Shown here one piece after another: positions 38,196-47,724 of a stretch of 64,000 bases of DNA. The DNA lies in NCBI GenBank assembly GCA_044225365.1, contig JBGAIQ010000003.1, forward strand, positions 1 to 64,000, read 5' to 3'. The position numbers were made by a program, and so were the translations under genes. Positions within the stretch are counted from its first letter, which is position 1. The number at the start of each line of letters is the position of its first letter. Under the pieces are notes generated by a model that saw only the letters and a list, made by a program, of their open reading frames with translations, was not told the origin of the DNA and made no database searches. This DNA is from Planctomycetota bacterium. Its GTDB lineage: Bacteria; Planctomycetota; B15-G4; JADJEK01.

Positions 38196-38969
38196 TCAGA
38201 ACGCCTTCCGCCCCACCGAGAATCCGCCGTCGACGACCAGCGCGGCGCCCGTGACGAAGCAGGCCTCGTCGGACGCGAGGAATGCGACGGCCGCCGCGAT
38301 GTCCTCGGGTTGCGACGGCCCTTTCGCGAGCTTGCGACCGAGGGCGACGTCTCGCGTCACGTCGAACTGGTGAGTGATGCCGCCGGGGAGCACGGCGTTG
38401 ACGCGGATGTTCTTCGCCGCGAGATCGCCGGCAAGGGACTGGAGGAACCCCGACACCGCTGCCTTGCTCGTGTTGTAGGCGAGCAGGCCAGGTCCCGGGA
38501 CGATCGAGCCGAAGACCGCCGTCGTGACGACGATCGAACCGCCCCCGCGACTCTCGAGGCAGGGAGTCGTGGTCTTCGCGAGATGGAACGCCGTGCGGAA
38601 GTTCGAATCGAGCATTCGCTCGACTCCGGCGCTGTCCGTCTGGTCGAACGATCCGCCTTCGTATCCGCCCGCTGTCGAGATCGCGACATCGAGTCCGCCG
38701 AAGCGATCGATCGCGGCCGCGGTCGCAGTCGCTGCGCCGGATGCCGTCGATACGTCGGCGCGCAGCGCTCGCCCGTCGATCCCGTGCGAGAGCATCGCGG
38801 CTTCCGCCGCTTCGACGTGCGCTTCGCTTCGCGCGACCGCGATCACCTTCGCGCCCTCGAGGCCGAGACGCAGGGCGACCGCGAGGCCCGTCCCCGACCC
38901 GACGCCGACGACGAGCGCGACCTTGTCATGGAATCGCTGAGCGCGAGCCGCGGTGACGATCGAGGGCAT
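38196..38969 (-). CDS. SDR family oxidoreductase
   Basis: KVALVVGVGSGTG, FGGLD, YNTSK, NIRVNAVLPG and FVTGAALVVDGG. Confidence 0.92.
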   Translation of the reverse strand: MPSIVTAARAQRFHDKVALVVGVGSGTGLAVALRLGLEGAKVIAVARSEAHVEAAEAAMLSHGIDGRALRADVSTASGAATATAAAIDRFGGLDVAISTAGGYEGGSFDQTDSAGVERMLDSNFRTAFHLAKTTTPCLESRGGGSIVVTTAVFGSIVPGPGLLAYNTSKAAVSGFLQSLAGDLAAKNIRVNAVLPGGITHQFDVTRDVALGRKLAKGPSQPEDIAAAVAFLASDEACFVTGAALVVDGGFSVGRKAF

Positions 38970-39063
38970 GGAGCATCCTTCAAAGGATTCGAAGACGGGT
39001 TCGAAGTGCGATCGAGTTGGGACGTGCGTGCGGGATCATAGTCGACTCACGGCTCGAGCAAAC

Positions 39064-40710
39064 TCACTTGCGGACGAGACGCCCTTCCGCGTCGAACGCG
39101 AGACCCGCCGACTCGAGGATCGTGGCGAAGACGGGGAAGCGCTCGACCGAGGCCTTGATCTCGAGCGGAACTCGGGGAGCCACGTGCCATGCCGCGTCGA
39201 AGTCGGCGATCGCATCGTCCGCCCGCCCCTGTGCCGCCGCCACCAATCCGCGGCCGCAGAGCGCACGGGGTTGCTTCGGGTCCTCCTCGAGGACTCGGTC
39301 GAACTGTCGGCGCGCTCTCGCAAGATGCTCGCTCCTGCCGCCTTCTTGTTCGTATCCCGCGATGATCGACGAGAATCCGAGCTGCACCTGACTCACGATC
39401 GCTTCGCCGAGCTTGATCCCGAGCGCTTTCACTCCGGCGGCGAAATCCGTGATCGGCGACGGCTTCCAATCCCCGGAGGGACACGGAACGGCCCGCGACC
39501 GCAATGCGTCCGTGAGCAAGAGTGCGAGGTGGTACTGCCCCTCGATCGAGAGGTGCACGTGATCGTCGAGCCAGTCGCTCGGCGCGATCCCTCCGCCCGC
39601 GGCGTGGAACGCGGCGTCGGCGTCGAAGTAGTTCCCGCCCCCTCGCTTCGCGGCGGCGACGATCTGCGCGGCCAGCGCCGCGTTGACGCGACTCGGCCGA
39701 TCATCGAGATCGAGCGCTCGGGTGTAACTCACGCTCGCGGCCGCCGAGTCGGAGAGGAGATCGAAGAGCTCTCCGCGTTGAAAATGCACGAGCGCGAGGT
39801 CGGGATCGAGGGCCGTTGCGGCGTCGATCGCCGCGCGCGCCGCATTCGCGTCGCGCGCGGCGAGTGCGCTACCGGCTTGCTTCAAGAACGCCTCGAGCGA
39901 ATTGCGATCCTGCGGCGAGAGTCCCTGCCGTGGAACCGACGATTGCGGAGGCCAATCCCGTCGCGCCGCCACGGGCCGCACGAAGATCACGGCGGCTCCG
40001 GCCTCTTTGGCGAGCGCGCCGATCGTCTCGAGATTCGCACCGAACCTCTCCTCGATCGTAGTCCGCAGGGCTCGGAGGGGCTCGTCGAGATAGCCCGTCG
40101 TGTCGAGCGGGGAGCGCGTCGCCACGAGCGCTTGCCCCCGCGAGCGCATTCGCAACAGTGCGCAGAGGAGCGCCGATCGCGCCGCGAGCACGTTCACGAC
40201 CCGCGACTCCACGCGTCGCCGTTCGACGAACGCCGAGAGGAACTCGTTGTTGCCGGCGTAGACGAGGACGAGATCGACTCCCAGCGGTATCACTCGTCGG
40301 GCGGCCTGTTCGATCCAATCGCTGCCGATGCCAGGGATCGCGCAATCGACCACCTCGATCTTCCGCCCGTCGCAGCGGCCCGCCATCAGCGCCTCGAGCC
40401 AGCGCGCGGGCGTGCTGCTAAGGGAGTGCGGGAACCCCGCCGCCGCCGATTCTCCGAACATTGCGATGCGGAACGTCCCTGGTCCCTTGGCACGAGAGAA
40501 CCACGGCGACACGTGCGGTGTATCCGTGGAGATCCCGAGCGCACGCAATCGCACGCTTCCCGCATGCTCGACATCGGTTTCGATCACGACGAGCTGCGAA
40601 TCGGGTACGAAGCCGAATGCGCGTGCGATCGCCTCCGCGGCGAGGAGGAGCACCGCCGGCACGACGACGGCGAGGGCGATACGCGCAAAGGAACGCCGAT
40701 GGAACTGCAA
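39064..40710 (-). CDS. Membrane-anchored SGNH/GDSL-like hydrolase with TPR repeats
   Basis: N-terminal TM, FRIAMFGES, YAGNNEF and DHVH, followed by TPR segments. Start uncertain (40710-40761). Confidence 0.75.
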   Translation of the reverse strand: MQFHRRSFARIALAVVVPAVLLLAAEAIARAFGFVPDSQLVVIETDVEHAGSVRLRALGISTDTPHVSPWFSRAKGPGTFRIAMFGESAAAGFPHSLSSTPARWLEALMAGRCDGRKIEVVDCAIPGIGSDWIEQAARRVIPLGVDLVLVYAGNNEFLSAFVERRRVESRVVNVLAARSALLCALLRMRSRGQALVATRSPLDTTGYLDEPLRALRTTIEERFGANLETIGALAKEAGAAVIFVRPVAARRDWPPQSSVPRQGLSPQDRNSLEAFLKQAGSALAARDANAARAAIDAATALDPDLALVHFQRGELFDLLSDSAAASVSYTRALDLDDRPSRVNAALAAQIVAAAKRGGGNYFDADAAFHAAGGGIAPSDWLDDHVHLSIEGQYHLALLLTDALRSRAVPCPSGDWKPSPITDFAAGVKALGIKLGEAIVSQVQLGFSSIIAGYEQEGGRSEHLARARRQFDRVLEEDPKQPRALCGRGLVAAAQGRADDAIADFDAAWHVAPRVPLEIKASVERFPVFATILESAGLAFDAEGRLVRK

Positions 40711-40746
40711 CCGCGACGACTCCGCTGCGTGAGGGGTTTTCCTCGA

Positions 40747-40753
40747 TAGCATA
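40747..40753. promoter_or_regulatory. Overlapping bidirectional -10 element TAGCATA
   Basis: TAGCAT (+) lies 7 nt before the recQ ATG at 40760. TATGCT (-) points at the SGNH gene. Confidence 0.45.
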
Positions 40754-40759
40754 CGCGCC

Positions 40760-42592
40760 ATGACCGCCGCCCCCGAACCTTCCTTTGCATCCGAACGAGC
40801 GGGACCGTCCGCTCTCGCGCTGCTGCGTGACCGCTTCGGCCACGGGACCTTCCGTCCCGGTCAGGCCGAGATCATCGATGCAGTGCTGCGCGGGCAGGAC
40901 GCTCTCGGCGTGATGCCGACGGGAAGCGGCAAGTCGATCGGGTACGCCCTGCCGTCCCTGATCCTCGCGGCGCCGGTGCTCGTGGTATCGCCACTCATTG
41001 CGCTGATGAAGGACCAGGTCGATCAGTTGAAGCGCAAAGGGATCGCGGCGGACTACGTCAACTCGACCGTCGCCCCGGCGATTCAACGCCAGCGGATCGA
41101 AGCCTTCAAGACCGGCGTCCTGAGGCTCCTGTTCGTCGCGCCGGAGCGTTTTCGGTCCGAGAGGTTCATGGCTGCACTCGCCGGCTTCCGTCCGGGATTG
41201 TTCGCCGTCGACGAGGCCCATTGCATCAGCGAATGGGGTCACGACTTCCGGCCCGACTATCTGCGATTGAAGGACGCCGCGAACCAGCTCGGTCGCCCAC
41301 CGATCCTTGCCCTGACGGCGACGGCGACTCGCGCCGTGCGCGAACATGTGATCGAGAACCTCGGACTCACGAAGCCGCTGGTCCTGGTCCGCGGCTTCGA
41401 ACGACCGAACCTCGATTTCGAAGTCGTGCGGTGCACCTCCAAGCAGGACAAGCTCGATCGACTCATCGCGATCGCCCGCGCGGGAAAGCGCGGCATCGTG
41501 TACGCGGCGACGCGAAAGAGCGTCGAGGAAGTCGCGAGCGAGCTGAAGCGCAGCGGCCTCGACGTCGCGCCGTACCACGCGGGCATGCAGGACACGTTCC
41601 GTCACGCCGTGTCGGAGCGCTTCTCGACCTCCAAGCTCTCGATCGTCGTCGCGACCAATGCGTTCGGCATGGGCATCGATCGGCCGGACCTGCGGTTCGT
41701 CGTGCACTACGAAGTCCCGGGAGCGATCGAGGCCTACACGCAGGAGGCCGGCCGCGCCGGCCGCGACGGCGAGCCCGCGCGCTGCGTACTGCTCTACTCC
41801 GCGCAGGACGCGCGTCTGCAGCGGTTCTTCATCGACACGGGATATCCTTCCGAGGCGACTCTCGAACAGACGCTCGTCCGCATCGAACGTGCGTGTCGGT
41901 CCGCACCGACCCTCGCGGAGGATCAGATCGCGACCTTCGTGCCGGCGGCGCAGCATCCGCGGGAGGTGGACTCGGCGCTACGCGTGCTCGCCGAGGCCGG
42001 GTGCATCGCGCGGCTCGTCGACGGTGAGACCCGCACGAAGCACGTGCGCTTCCTCGAACATCGCCCGATCGATCATATGGGATTGAAGCGGCGCGCCGAT
42101 CGCGAACACCAGCGCCTCGCCGACATGCTCGACTACGCCGAGCGCGGCGGTTGCCATCGTGCTCGTCTCGTCGACTACTTCGCAGGCACGACCGCCTCCG
42201 AACCTTGCGGCGCGTGCGCGGGCTGCCGCTCGAGCGAGAAACGACGCGAGACGACGGAAGAAGAAGCCGATGTCGCGCGCACCGTGCTGTCGCTCGTCTC
42301 CGACCTCAACGGGCGCTACGGGCGCAAGAAACTGATCGGCATCCTCACCGGCAGTCGATCGAAGGACCTCCTCGAAGCGCGCCTCGAACGCCTGCCGCAT
42401 TACGGAAGACTCCGGCATCTCCAGGTCGCATTCGTCGAGCTCTTGTTCCAGGAGTGCATCGATCAGAGCCTCCTCGAGATCGAGGGAGGCAAGTACCCGG
42501 TGATCACACTCGGCTATCGCGGTCGCGAGACACTTCGCGGCCGCGAGCCGATCCGCCTCGCCTGCTTCGATTCGATCCGCGTTCGGAAGTGA
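40760..42592 (+). CDS. recQ: RecQ family ATP-dependent DNA helicase with RQC domain, no HRDC
   Basis: PTGSGKS, VDEAHCISEWGHDFRP, ATNAFGMGID, QEAGRAGRDG, Zn site CHR..CGACAGC and a C-terminal winged helix. Confidence 0.92.
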   Translation: MTAAPEPSFASERAGPSALALLRDRFGHGTFRPGQAEIIDAVLRGQDALGVMPTGSGKSIGYALPSLILAAPVLVVSPLIALMKDQVDQLKRKGIAADYVNSTVAPAIQRQRIEAFKTGVLRLLFVAPERFRSERFMAALAGFRPGLFAVDEAHCISEWGHDFRPDYLRLKDAANQLGRPPILALTATATRAVREHVIENLGLTKPLVLVRGFERPNLDFEVVRCTSKQDKLDRLIAIARAGKRGIVYAATRKSVEEVASELKRSGLDVAPYHAGMQDTFRHAVSERFSTSKLSIVVATNAFGMGIDRPDLRFVVHYEVPGAIEAYTQEAGRAGRDGEPARCVLLYSAQDARLQRFFIDTGYPSEATLEQTLVRIERACRSAPTLAEDQIATFVPAAQHPREVDSALRVLAEAGCIARLVDGETRTKHVRFLEHRPIDHMGLKRRADREHQRLADMLDYAERGGCHRARLVDYFAGTTASEPCGACAGCRSSEKRRETTEEEADVARTVLSLVSDLNGRYGRKKLIGILTGSRSKDLLEARLERLPHYGRLRHLQVAFVELLFQECIDQSLLEIEGGKYPVITLGYRGRETLRGREPIRLACFDSIRVRK

Positions 42593-42602
42593 GGGAGCGC
42601 CG

Positions 42603-44336
42603 CTATCTCAGGGGCTCCCACTCGGTGCGCGAGAGATCGTAGTCGCGCGCCTTGAAGTCGAATTCGCTCGTCGCACGGATCCAGACCGCACCATTCCGAA
42701 CGGTCACGCTGTCGACGCGGACGGTGCGACGCCGCGCATTCGAGCCAACGACGATCCACTCGCCGACGGACACCGGCGAGTGAGCGGGCGTAGCGACGGG
42801 CCGCGGCGGTGCAGCGGCGCTCGCCACCGTCTCCTGCGCCCCATCGGTCGGGCGACAGGCATCGCACGTCCCGCAGTCGGGCAGGTCGGTCGATGGATCG
42901 AAGTAGCGTTCGAGCGAGGCACGCCGACACCGCGAATCGCGCACGTAGTTCACGACGTCGAGCAGCTTCTTCAAGTCGCGCTCGCGCTTGTCCGACGGGG
43001 CGAGTTCCTCGAACTCGTCGTCGGTCGGAGTTCGCACGACTCGAAGGTCCTTGCGCTGGAAACCGCCCTCCACGATTCCCTCGGCCTCGAAGAGGGCGAG
43101 AGCCGTGTCCACGCGGCCGTCCCCCCGGTTCTTCACGAGCAGCTCCGCAACGAGATCGTCACGATCGATCGAGTGCAGTCGATCGCCGAAACGGAGCAGG
43201 ACGTGGAACAGTTCGCGGAGGAATCGCGCGTTCGGATTCGCCCATTCGTGGAACTGCTTCTGGATGAGGAGATCCGTTTCGAGATAGAGCAGCTCGCAAC
43301 GCGAAGGCGCGCCGTCGCGCCCCGCCCGACCGATCTCCTGCGCGAGGGATTCGAGGCTGCCCGGCACTTGCGCGTGCACGATGAAGCGGATGTCCTGCTT
43401 GTCGATGCCCATGCCGAACGCGTTCGTCGCGACGACGACCGCACTCGTCGAAGTCAGGAAGGTCTGCTGCTCGCGACGCCGCACGGCGGCCGGCAGCTCT
43501 CCGTGGTACACGAGGATCTCGCGCCCGGACTTCGAGAGGTGCACCCGCACCCGCTCGACCTCGCGGATCAGCGCGCAGTAGACGATCCCGGGTCCGGGTT
43601 CGCTCGCAACGATGCGCGAGAGCACGTCGAGCTTCTCGTCGTCGTCAGCGACGATCGTCGTTCGCAACGTCAAGTTCTCGCGGGTGACGGGACGGCGGAA
43701 GATCTCCGGCTCTTTCAGCCCGAGCTTCGCCACGATGTCCGCCGCCGTCTGCGCGGTCGCCGTCGCGGTGAGCGCGATCGTCGGCGGGGATCCGAGGAGC
43801 GCGCGGATCCGTCCGACCTTGCCGTACTCGGGGCGAAAGTCGTGTCCCCACTCGCTGATGCAATGCGCTTCGTCGACCGCGAAAAGCACGATCTTGCGCT
43901 GGCCGATCGCGGCGACGAACTCCGGTTTCTTGAACCGTTCGGGCGTCACGTACACGAGTCGATACGCTCCCTCGCGAAGGCGACGCTGGCGTGACTCGCG
44001 TTCACTGCGCGAGAGCGATGAGTTGATGAACGTCGCGTCGATGCCGCGGGCGAGGAGGGCGTCGACCTGATCCTGCATCAAGGCGATGAGCGGCGAGAGG
44101 ACGATGGTGAGTGCGGCGTCCTCGCCCACGAGCGCCGGGAGTTGGAAACACAGCGACTTGCCGGAGCCCGTCGGCCAGACGACGAGCGCATCGCGTCCTG
44201 CGAGCAGTCCCGCGATGACTTCGGCCTGTTCGCCGCGAAGCGAGAAGCCCGGATAGTGGCGCGCGAGAGCGGCCCCGATCGATGCGTTCGCTGCGTTCGC
44301 CGTGTTCGCCGTTTTCATTGGATCCTTCGGCGTCAT
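42603..44336 (-). CDS. Second RecQ family ATP-dependent DNA helicase
   Basis: PTGSGKS, VDEAHCISEWGHDFRP, QEIGRAGRDG and CRR..CGTCDAC, with a short beta-rich tail instead of RQC. Confidence 0.92.
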   Translation of the reverse strand: MTPKDPMKTANTANAANASIGAALARHYPGFSLRGEQAEVIAGLLAGRDALVVWPTGSGKSLCFQLPALVGEDAALTIVLSPLIALMQDQVDALLARGIDATFINSSLSRSERESRQRRLREGAYRLVYVTPERFKKPEFVAAIGQRKIVLFAVDEAHCISEWGHDFRPEYGKVGRIRALLGSPPTIALTATATAQTAADIVAKLGLKEPEIFRRPVTRENLTLRTTIVADDDEKLDVLSRIVASEPGPGIVYCALIREVERVRVHLSKSGREILVYHGELPAAVRRREQQTFLTSTSAVVVATNAFGMGIDKQDIRFIVHAQVPGSLESLAQEIGRAGRDGAPSRCELLYLETDLLIQKQFHEWANPNARFLRELFHVLLRFGDRLHSIDRDDLVAELLVKNRGDGRVDTALALFEAEGIVEGGFQRKDLRVVRTPTDDEFEELAPSDKRERDLKKLLDVVNYVRDSRCRRASLERYFDPSTDLPDCGTCDACRPTDGAQETVASAAAPPRPVATPAHSPVSVGEWIVVGSNARRRTVRVDSVTVRNGAVWIRATSEFDFKARDYDLSRTEWEPLR

Positions 44337-44381
44337 CGTTCGCGAGTTCGTCCGCGATCGCGTTGTCCCCGAACGAACTCG

Positions 44382-45635
44382 TCAGTTCGCGGTCGAGAGC
44401 GTCTTCACCGTCGCGGAATAGACGAAGTGCCCAGCCGCCCGATGCAATGTACCGCTGGCAGAGGATGGCGCGAAACGCCCGTTGGCATCGACCTTTCCCT
44501 TCACCTTGAGGCCGATCGCCGCCGTGCCCTGCTGGGCGGCGTTTGCGACGATCTCCACGCCCTCGACGCTGCGAGTCTTTGCGCCGTCGCCCTCGTTCAC
44601 TTCGAATCCCGTGAACACCAGCGCCGGACTGTTCCCGAGCGTCGCGAGTTGCTCCGCCGCACCGGTGCTCGTGAGCTGAATCATCACTCGTGGCACACCG
44701 GGAAAGATCGACAGAACGATCGTCTCTTTCGGCTTCGTCACGGGGCTCGCGAGGATGCTGAGTTGCGCGGTGAGCGACGCGTTGAAGCGAAAGGGGGCGA
44801 AGGCGAGACCGCTCGGCTGCGCGCCCGCGAGGATCGAGCTCGACTCGAGTTGGAAGTCCGGTCCGAAGCGGTACAGGCCACCGTTCGATCCGTCGCACGC
44901 CCACAGCTTGGAGTCGGGGCCGACGGCGATCGCGACGTCCGCCGAGAGGGAAGCGTCCGAGCCGAGCGTCTGCACCACGAGACTGTCGTCGAATCCCAGG
45001 ATGCGGCCCGTGGCGGTGGAGACGACGTAGAGGTAGCCATGAGGGCCGAAGCAGATCCGACCCGGGCTCGTGAGACCGGTGCCATTCCCGAAGGTTCGAA
45101 TGTCGTCGCCGCCCGGCGTGAATTCGAAGATGCGATCGAGGGTGAACGACGAGACGAACAGATCGCCCGTTGGACCGAACGCGAGACCGCGCGGATCATC
45201 GAGACCGCTACCAGCGCCGATCGTTCGCACCACGGACCCATCCGCCGGATCGAACACGTAGACGAGGTCCTGCGTCGACGACGCGACGAAGAGATCGCCG
45301 TCGGGGCCGAAGGCCATCGTCGAGATGCCGCCGATCCCGGAACCCTGACCGAACGACGAGACGACGGCGCCCGTGCCATCGATCTCGACGATGCGATCGG
45401 GACGTGCGACGTAGAGATGTCCGTTCGGGCCGAATGCGAGGTCGCGCGCCCCGGAGATCGCACCGCTCGCCGTGAAGGTCGCTGCGACCTGTCCGTCGGG
45501 CGCAACTTGCATGACCTTCCCACCGACGCGATCCGAGACGAACAATGCGTTCGGTGCGAACGATGCCGCCTGCGCCGGCAAGCAGAGCGACAAAGGTGCG
45601 AGAGCGGCGAGTGCCGCACGCCAGGAGCGCTTCAT
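44382..45635 (-). CDS. Secreted NHL/Vgb-like beta-propeller protein
   Basis: Signal peptide (AQA-A) and six LAFGPxGxL(F/Y)V-type repeats. Confidence 0.8.
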   Translation of the reverse strand: MKRSWRAALAALAPLSLCLPAQAASFAPNALFVSDRVGGKVMQVAPDGQVAATFTASGAISGARDLAFGPNGHLYVARPDRIVEIDGTGAVVSSFGQGSGIGGISTMAFGPDGDLFVASSTQDLVYVFDPADGSVVRTIGAGSGLDDPRGLAFGPTGDLFVSSFTLDRIFEFTPGGDDIRTFGNGTGLTSPGRICFGPHGYLYVVSTATGRILGFDDSLVVQTLGSDASLSADVAIAVGPDSKLWACDGSNGGLYRFGPDFQLESSSILAGAQPSGLAFAPFRFNASLTAQLSILASPVTKPKETIVLSIFPGVPRVMIQLTSTGAAEQLATLGNSPALVFTGFEVNEGDGAKTRSVEGVEIVANAAQQGTAAIGLKVKGKVDANGRFAPSSASGTLHRAAGHFVYSATVKTLSTAN

Positions 45636-45861
45636 CGTTCGGAAAACTCTCGGGTCGGGTATCGGAGTCGGGGTCGTTCGCGCGAGTCGGTCCGCGGGGT
45701 ACTTCGGCAGACCTCGGAGTCGATCTCCAGGAAAAGGCGGCCAAAGGGTCGGGTCCCGCATCACTCGGAGAATTGCGAACTCCCGATACGAGAAGACTAC
45801 CCGACGAACGGAGGAAGTCGCGGGATTTGATACGGATCCACGCCGCCTCGCCGTGGGTCAT

Positions 45862-46022
45862 CAGCCCGTTGAACAACTCGGCCGGCATTCGCCCGGCTGC
45901 GAAGCGCCAGGACATCGTCGGACATCGTCGCCAGATCTTTCCACTGATATGCCTCCTCTGTCCTCCTCGTCCTGACGCTTCTCGCTCGGTCTCGACGCTC
46001 GGCCGACTTGTTCAACGGGCTG
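45862..46022. mobile_element. 161-bp MITE/REP-like element with 23-bp terminal inverted repeats
   Basis: cagcccgttgaacaactcggccg (45862-45884) pairs with cggccgacttgttcaacgggctg (46000-46022) at 22/23. An inner stem is formed by gaagcgccaggac and gtcctgacgcttc. Confidence 0.7.
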
Positions 46023-46029
46023 TTATGCT
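46021..46029 (+). promoter_or_regulatory. Extended -10 (TGnTATGCT), leaderless aat promoter
   Basis: TG-t-TATGCT 6 nt before GTG 46036. Confidence 0.55.
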
Positions 46030-46035
46030 GCAACC

Positions 46036-46755
46036 GTGTTCGATCCCAGAATCCGAGTACCGACGATCCTCGATTACCTCCCGAGTGGGACCTGGCCCCA
46101 CCCGGACCGCGTCCCCCGCGACGGACTGGGCGCGCTGGGTGGCGACCTGACGCTCGAGCGGATCCTCTCCGCGTACGATCACGGGTTCTTCCCCTGCTAT
46201 GGCGCGGAGACGCCGCGACTGTGGTGGTGCCCCGATCCGCGGGCGGTCTTCCTGCCGAATTCGTTCCACACTTCGGCCCGCCTCGAGCGGAAGATCCGAG
46301 CGGCTTCGTTCCGCGTGACTTGGAACACTGCGTTCACCGCCGTGATGGTCGAGTGTGGCGAGCGACGCGACGATGGTCGCTGGATCGTGCCCGAGATGAT
46401 CGACGTCTACGCGAAGCTCCATGCCCTGCATCACGCCTACAGCATCGAGGTGTGGCGAGGAGAGCGACTCGTCGGCGGCGCCTACGGCGTACAGCGCGGC
46501 GCGGTGTTCGCGGCCGAGAGCATGTTCCACATCGTGACGGACGCGTCGAAGGTCGCGCTCGGGTACCTGCTCGAGAGTTTGTTCGCGGCGGGGATCCTGC
46601 TGGTCGACGTGCAATACCTGACGTCCCATCTCCGTTCGCTCGGTGCCACCACCCTCCGCCGTGCCGACTATGTTTCGCGGCTGACCACCCTCACGACGAC
46701 GCCCGTCGATCTTCGTTCGATCGCGCTCAAGGCGCCGATTCGTCGCGTCCGATGA
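46036..46755 (+). CDS. aat: Leucyl/phenylalanyl-tRNA--protein transferase
   Basis: GGDLTLERILSAY..GFFP, WWCPDPR, AYSIEVW, LVGG.YGV, FAAESMF and DASKVAL. Confidence 0.95.
   Translation: MFDPRIRVPTILDYLPSGTWPHPDRVPRDGLGALGGDLTLERILSAYDHGFFPCYGAETPRLWWCPDPRAVFLPNSFHTSARLERKIRAASFRVTWNTAFTAVMVECGERRDDGRWIVPEMIDVYAKLHALHHAYSIEVWRGERLVGGAYGVQRGAVFAAESMFHIVTDASKVALGYLLESLFAAGILLVDVQYLTSHLRSLGATTLRRADYVSRLTTLTTTPVDLRSIALKAPIRRVR
46727..46755 (+). promoter_or_regulatory. Putative sigma28-like promoter for the HDOD gene
   Basis: TCAA-N17-TCCGATGA at the 3' end of aat. Confidence 0.35.
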
Positions 46756-46827
46756 GAATCGAGTGGTCGATCCGCTCCTTGCGCCGTGCAGGGAGCGCCG
46801 CCGCGTGATTCAGGACGCAGGAAGAAG

Positions 46828-47712
46828 ATGCTGGACCTCGATTCGGTCATCGCTGCGACGGGGGAACTGAAGCCGCTGCCGGCGACGACGCTGCGGCTCT
46901 CGCAGATGCTTGCACACCCGGACGTGGACCTTAGAGAAGTCGCCAAGGTCGTGATGCTCGATGCGCCCCTCACGGCGCGTGTGCTGCGCACCGCAAATTC
47001 CGCACTCTACGTCGGCAAGGTCTCGATCTCGTCGGTCGATCAGGCCGTCACTCGCCTCGGATCGGGGATCATCCTGTCGATCGCCTTCTCCGCTGCATTG
47101 AAGCGCGAACTCATGGGCGGCCTTCCTGGCTACGGAATGTCGGAAGGCGAACTCTGGCGTCGCTCCATCGCTTCGGCGATCGCGGCGGAATCGGTGAAGG
47201 CCGTCGCGACCAAGGTCACGGTGCCGCCCGTGGCGTACACTTCGGCCCTACTCCACGACATCGGAAGACTCGTCCTTGCACGCTTCCTCGACCAGCAGGC
47301 GAAGGAACTGCTCGCCGAAGCGCATACCGCCGAACCGAGCCGCGACGACGAGGCGATCGAACAACAGATCTTCGGCGTCCACCACGCCGAACTCGGGGCG
47401 ATCATCGCGCAGCGATGGAATCTCCCGAGCGTCATCGTGCACGCCATCGAGTACTTCCATTGCCCCGATCAGGGAGCGCAGCGACTGCGCGAGTACGAAG
47501 ACCCGAGCGACTCCGCCCAACTGGACGCCACGTGCGATGCGGTGCACATCGCCGATGCGGTCGCTCGCCTGTTGACCGCAGGCGAACCCGATGCTCTCGC
47601 GAAAGTCGAAGCCGGCGCGCTCGCGCGCCTCGGACTCGATGCCACCGCCCTGACCCGAATCGTCGATCGGACGCGTCAGCGCCTCGACGAGACGCTGACG
47701 CTCTTCTCCTGA
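46828..47712 (+). CDS. HDOD domain-containing protein
   Basis: LKPLP, DAPLTARVLRTANSALY, QAVTRLG, ALLHDIG, HAELG and WNLP. Confidence 0.92.
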   Translation: MLDLDSVIAATGELKPLPATTLRLSQMLAHPDVDLREVAKVVMLDAPLTARVLRTANSALYVGKVSISSVDQAVTRLGSGIILSIAFSAALKRELMGGLPGYGMSEGELWRRSIASAIAAESVKAVATKVTVPPVAYTSALLHDIGRLVLARFLDQQAKELLAEAHTAEPSRDDEAIEQQIFGVHHAELGAIIAQRWNLPSVIVHAIEYFHCPDQGAQRLREYEDPSDSAQLDATCDAVHIADAVARLLTAGEPDALAKVEAGALARLGLDATALTRIVDRTRQRLDETLTLFS

Positions 47713-47724
47713 CGGCCTCGCGAA

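Noticed and set aside
44281-44315. 9-nt tandem repeat encoding TANTANAANA
   Set aside because: A short, imperfect, in-frame N-terminal low-complexity stretch with no sign of phase variation.
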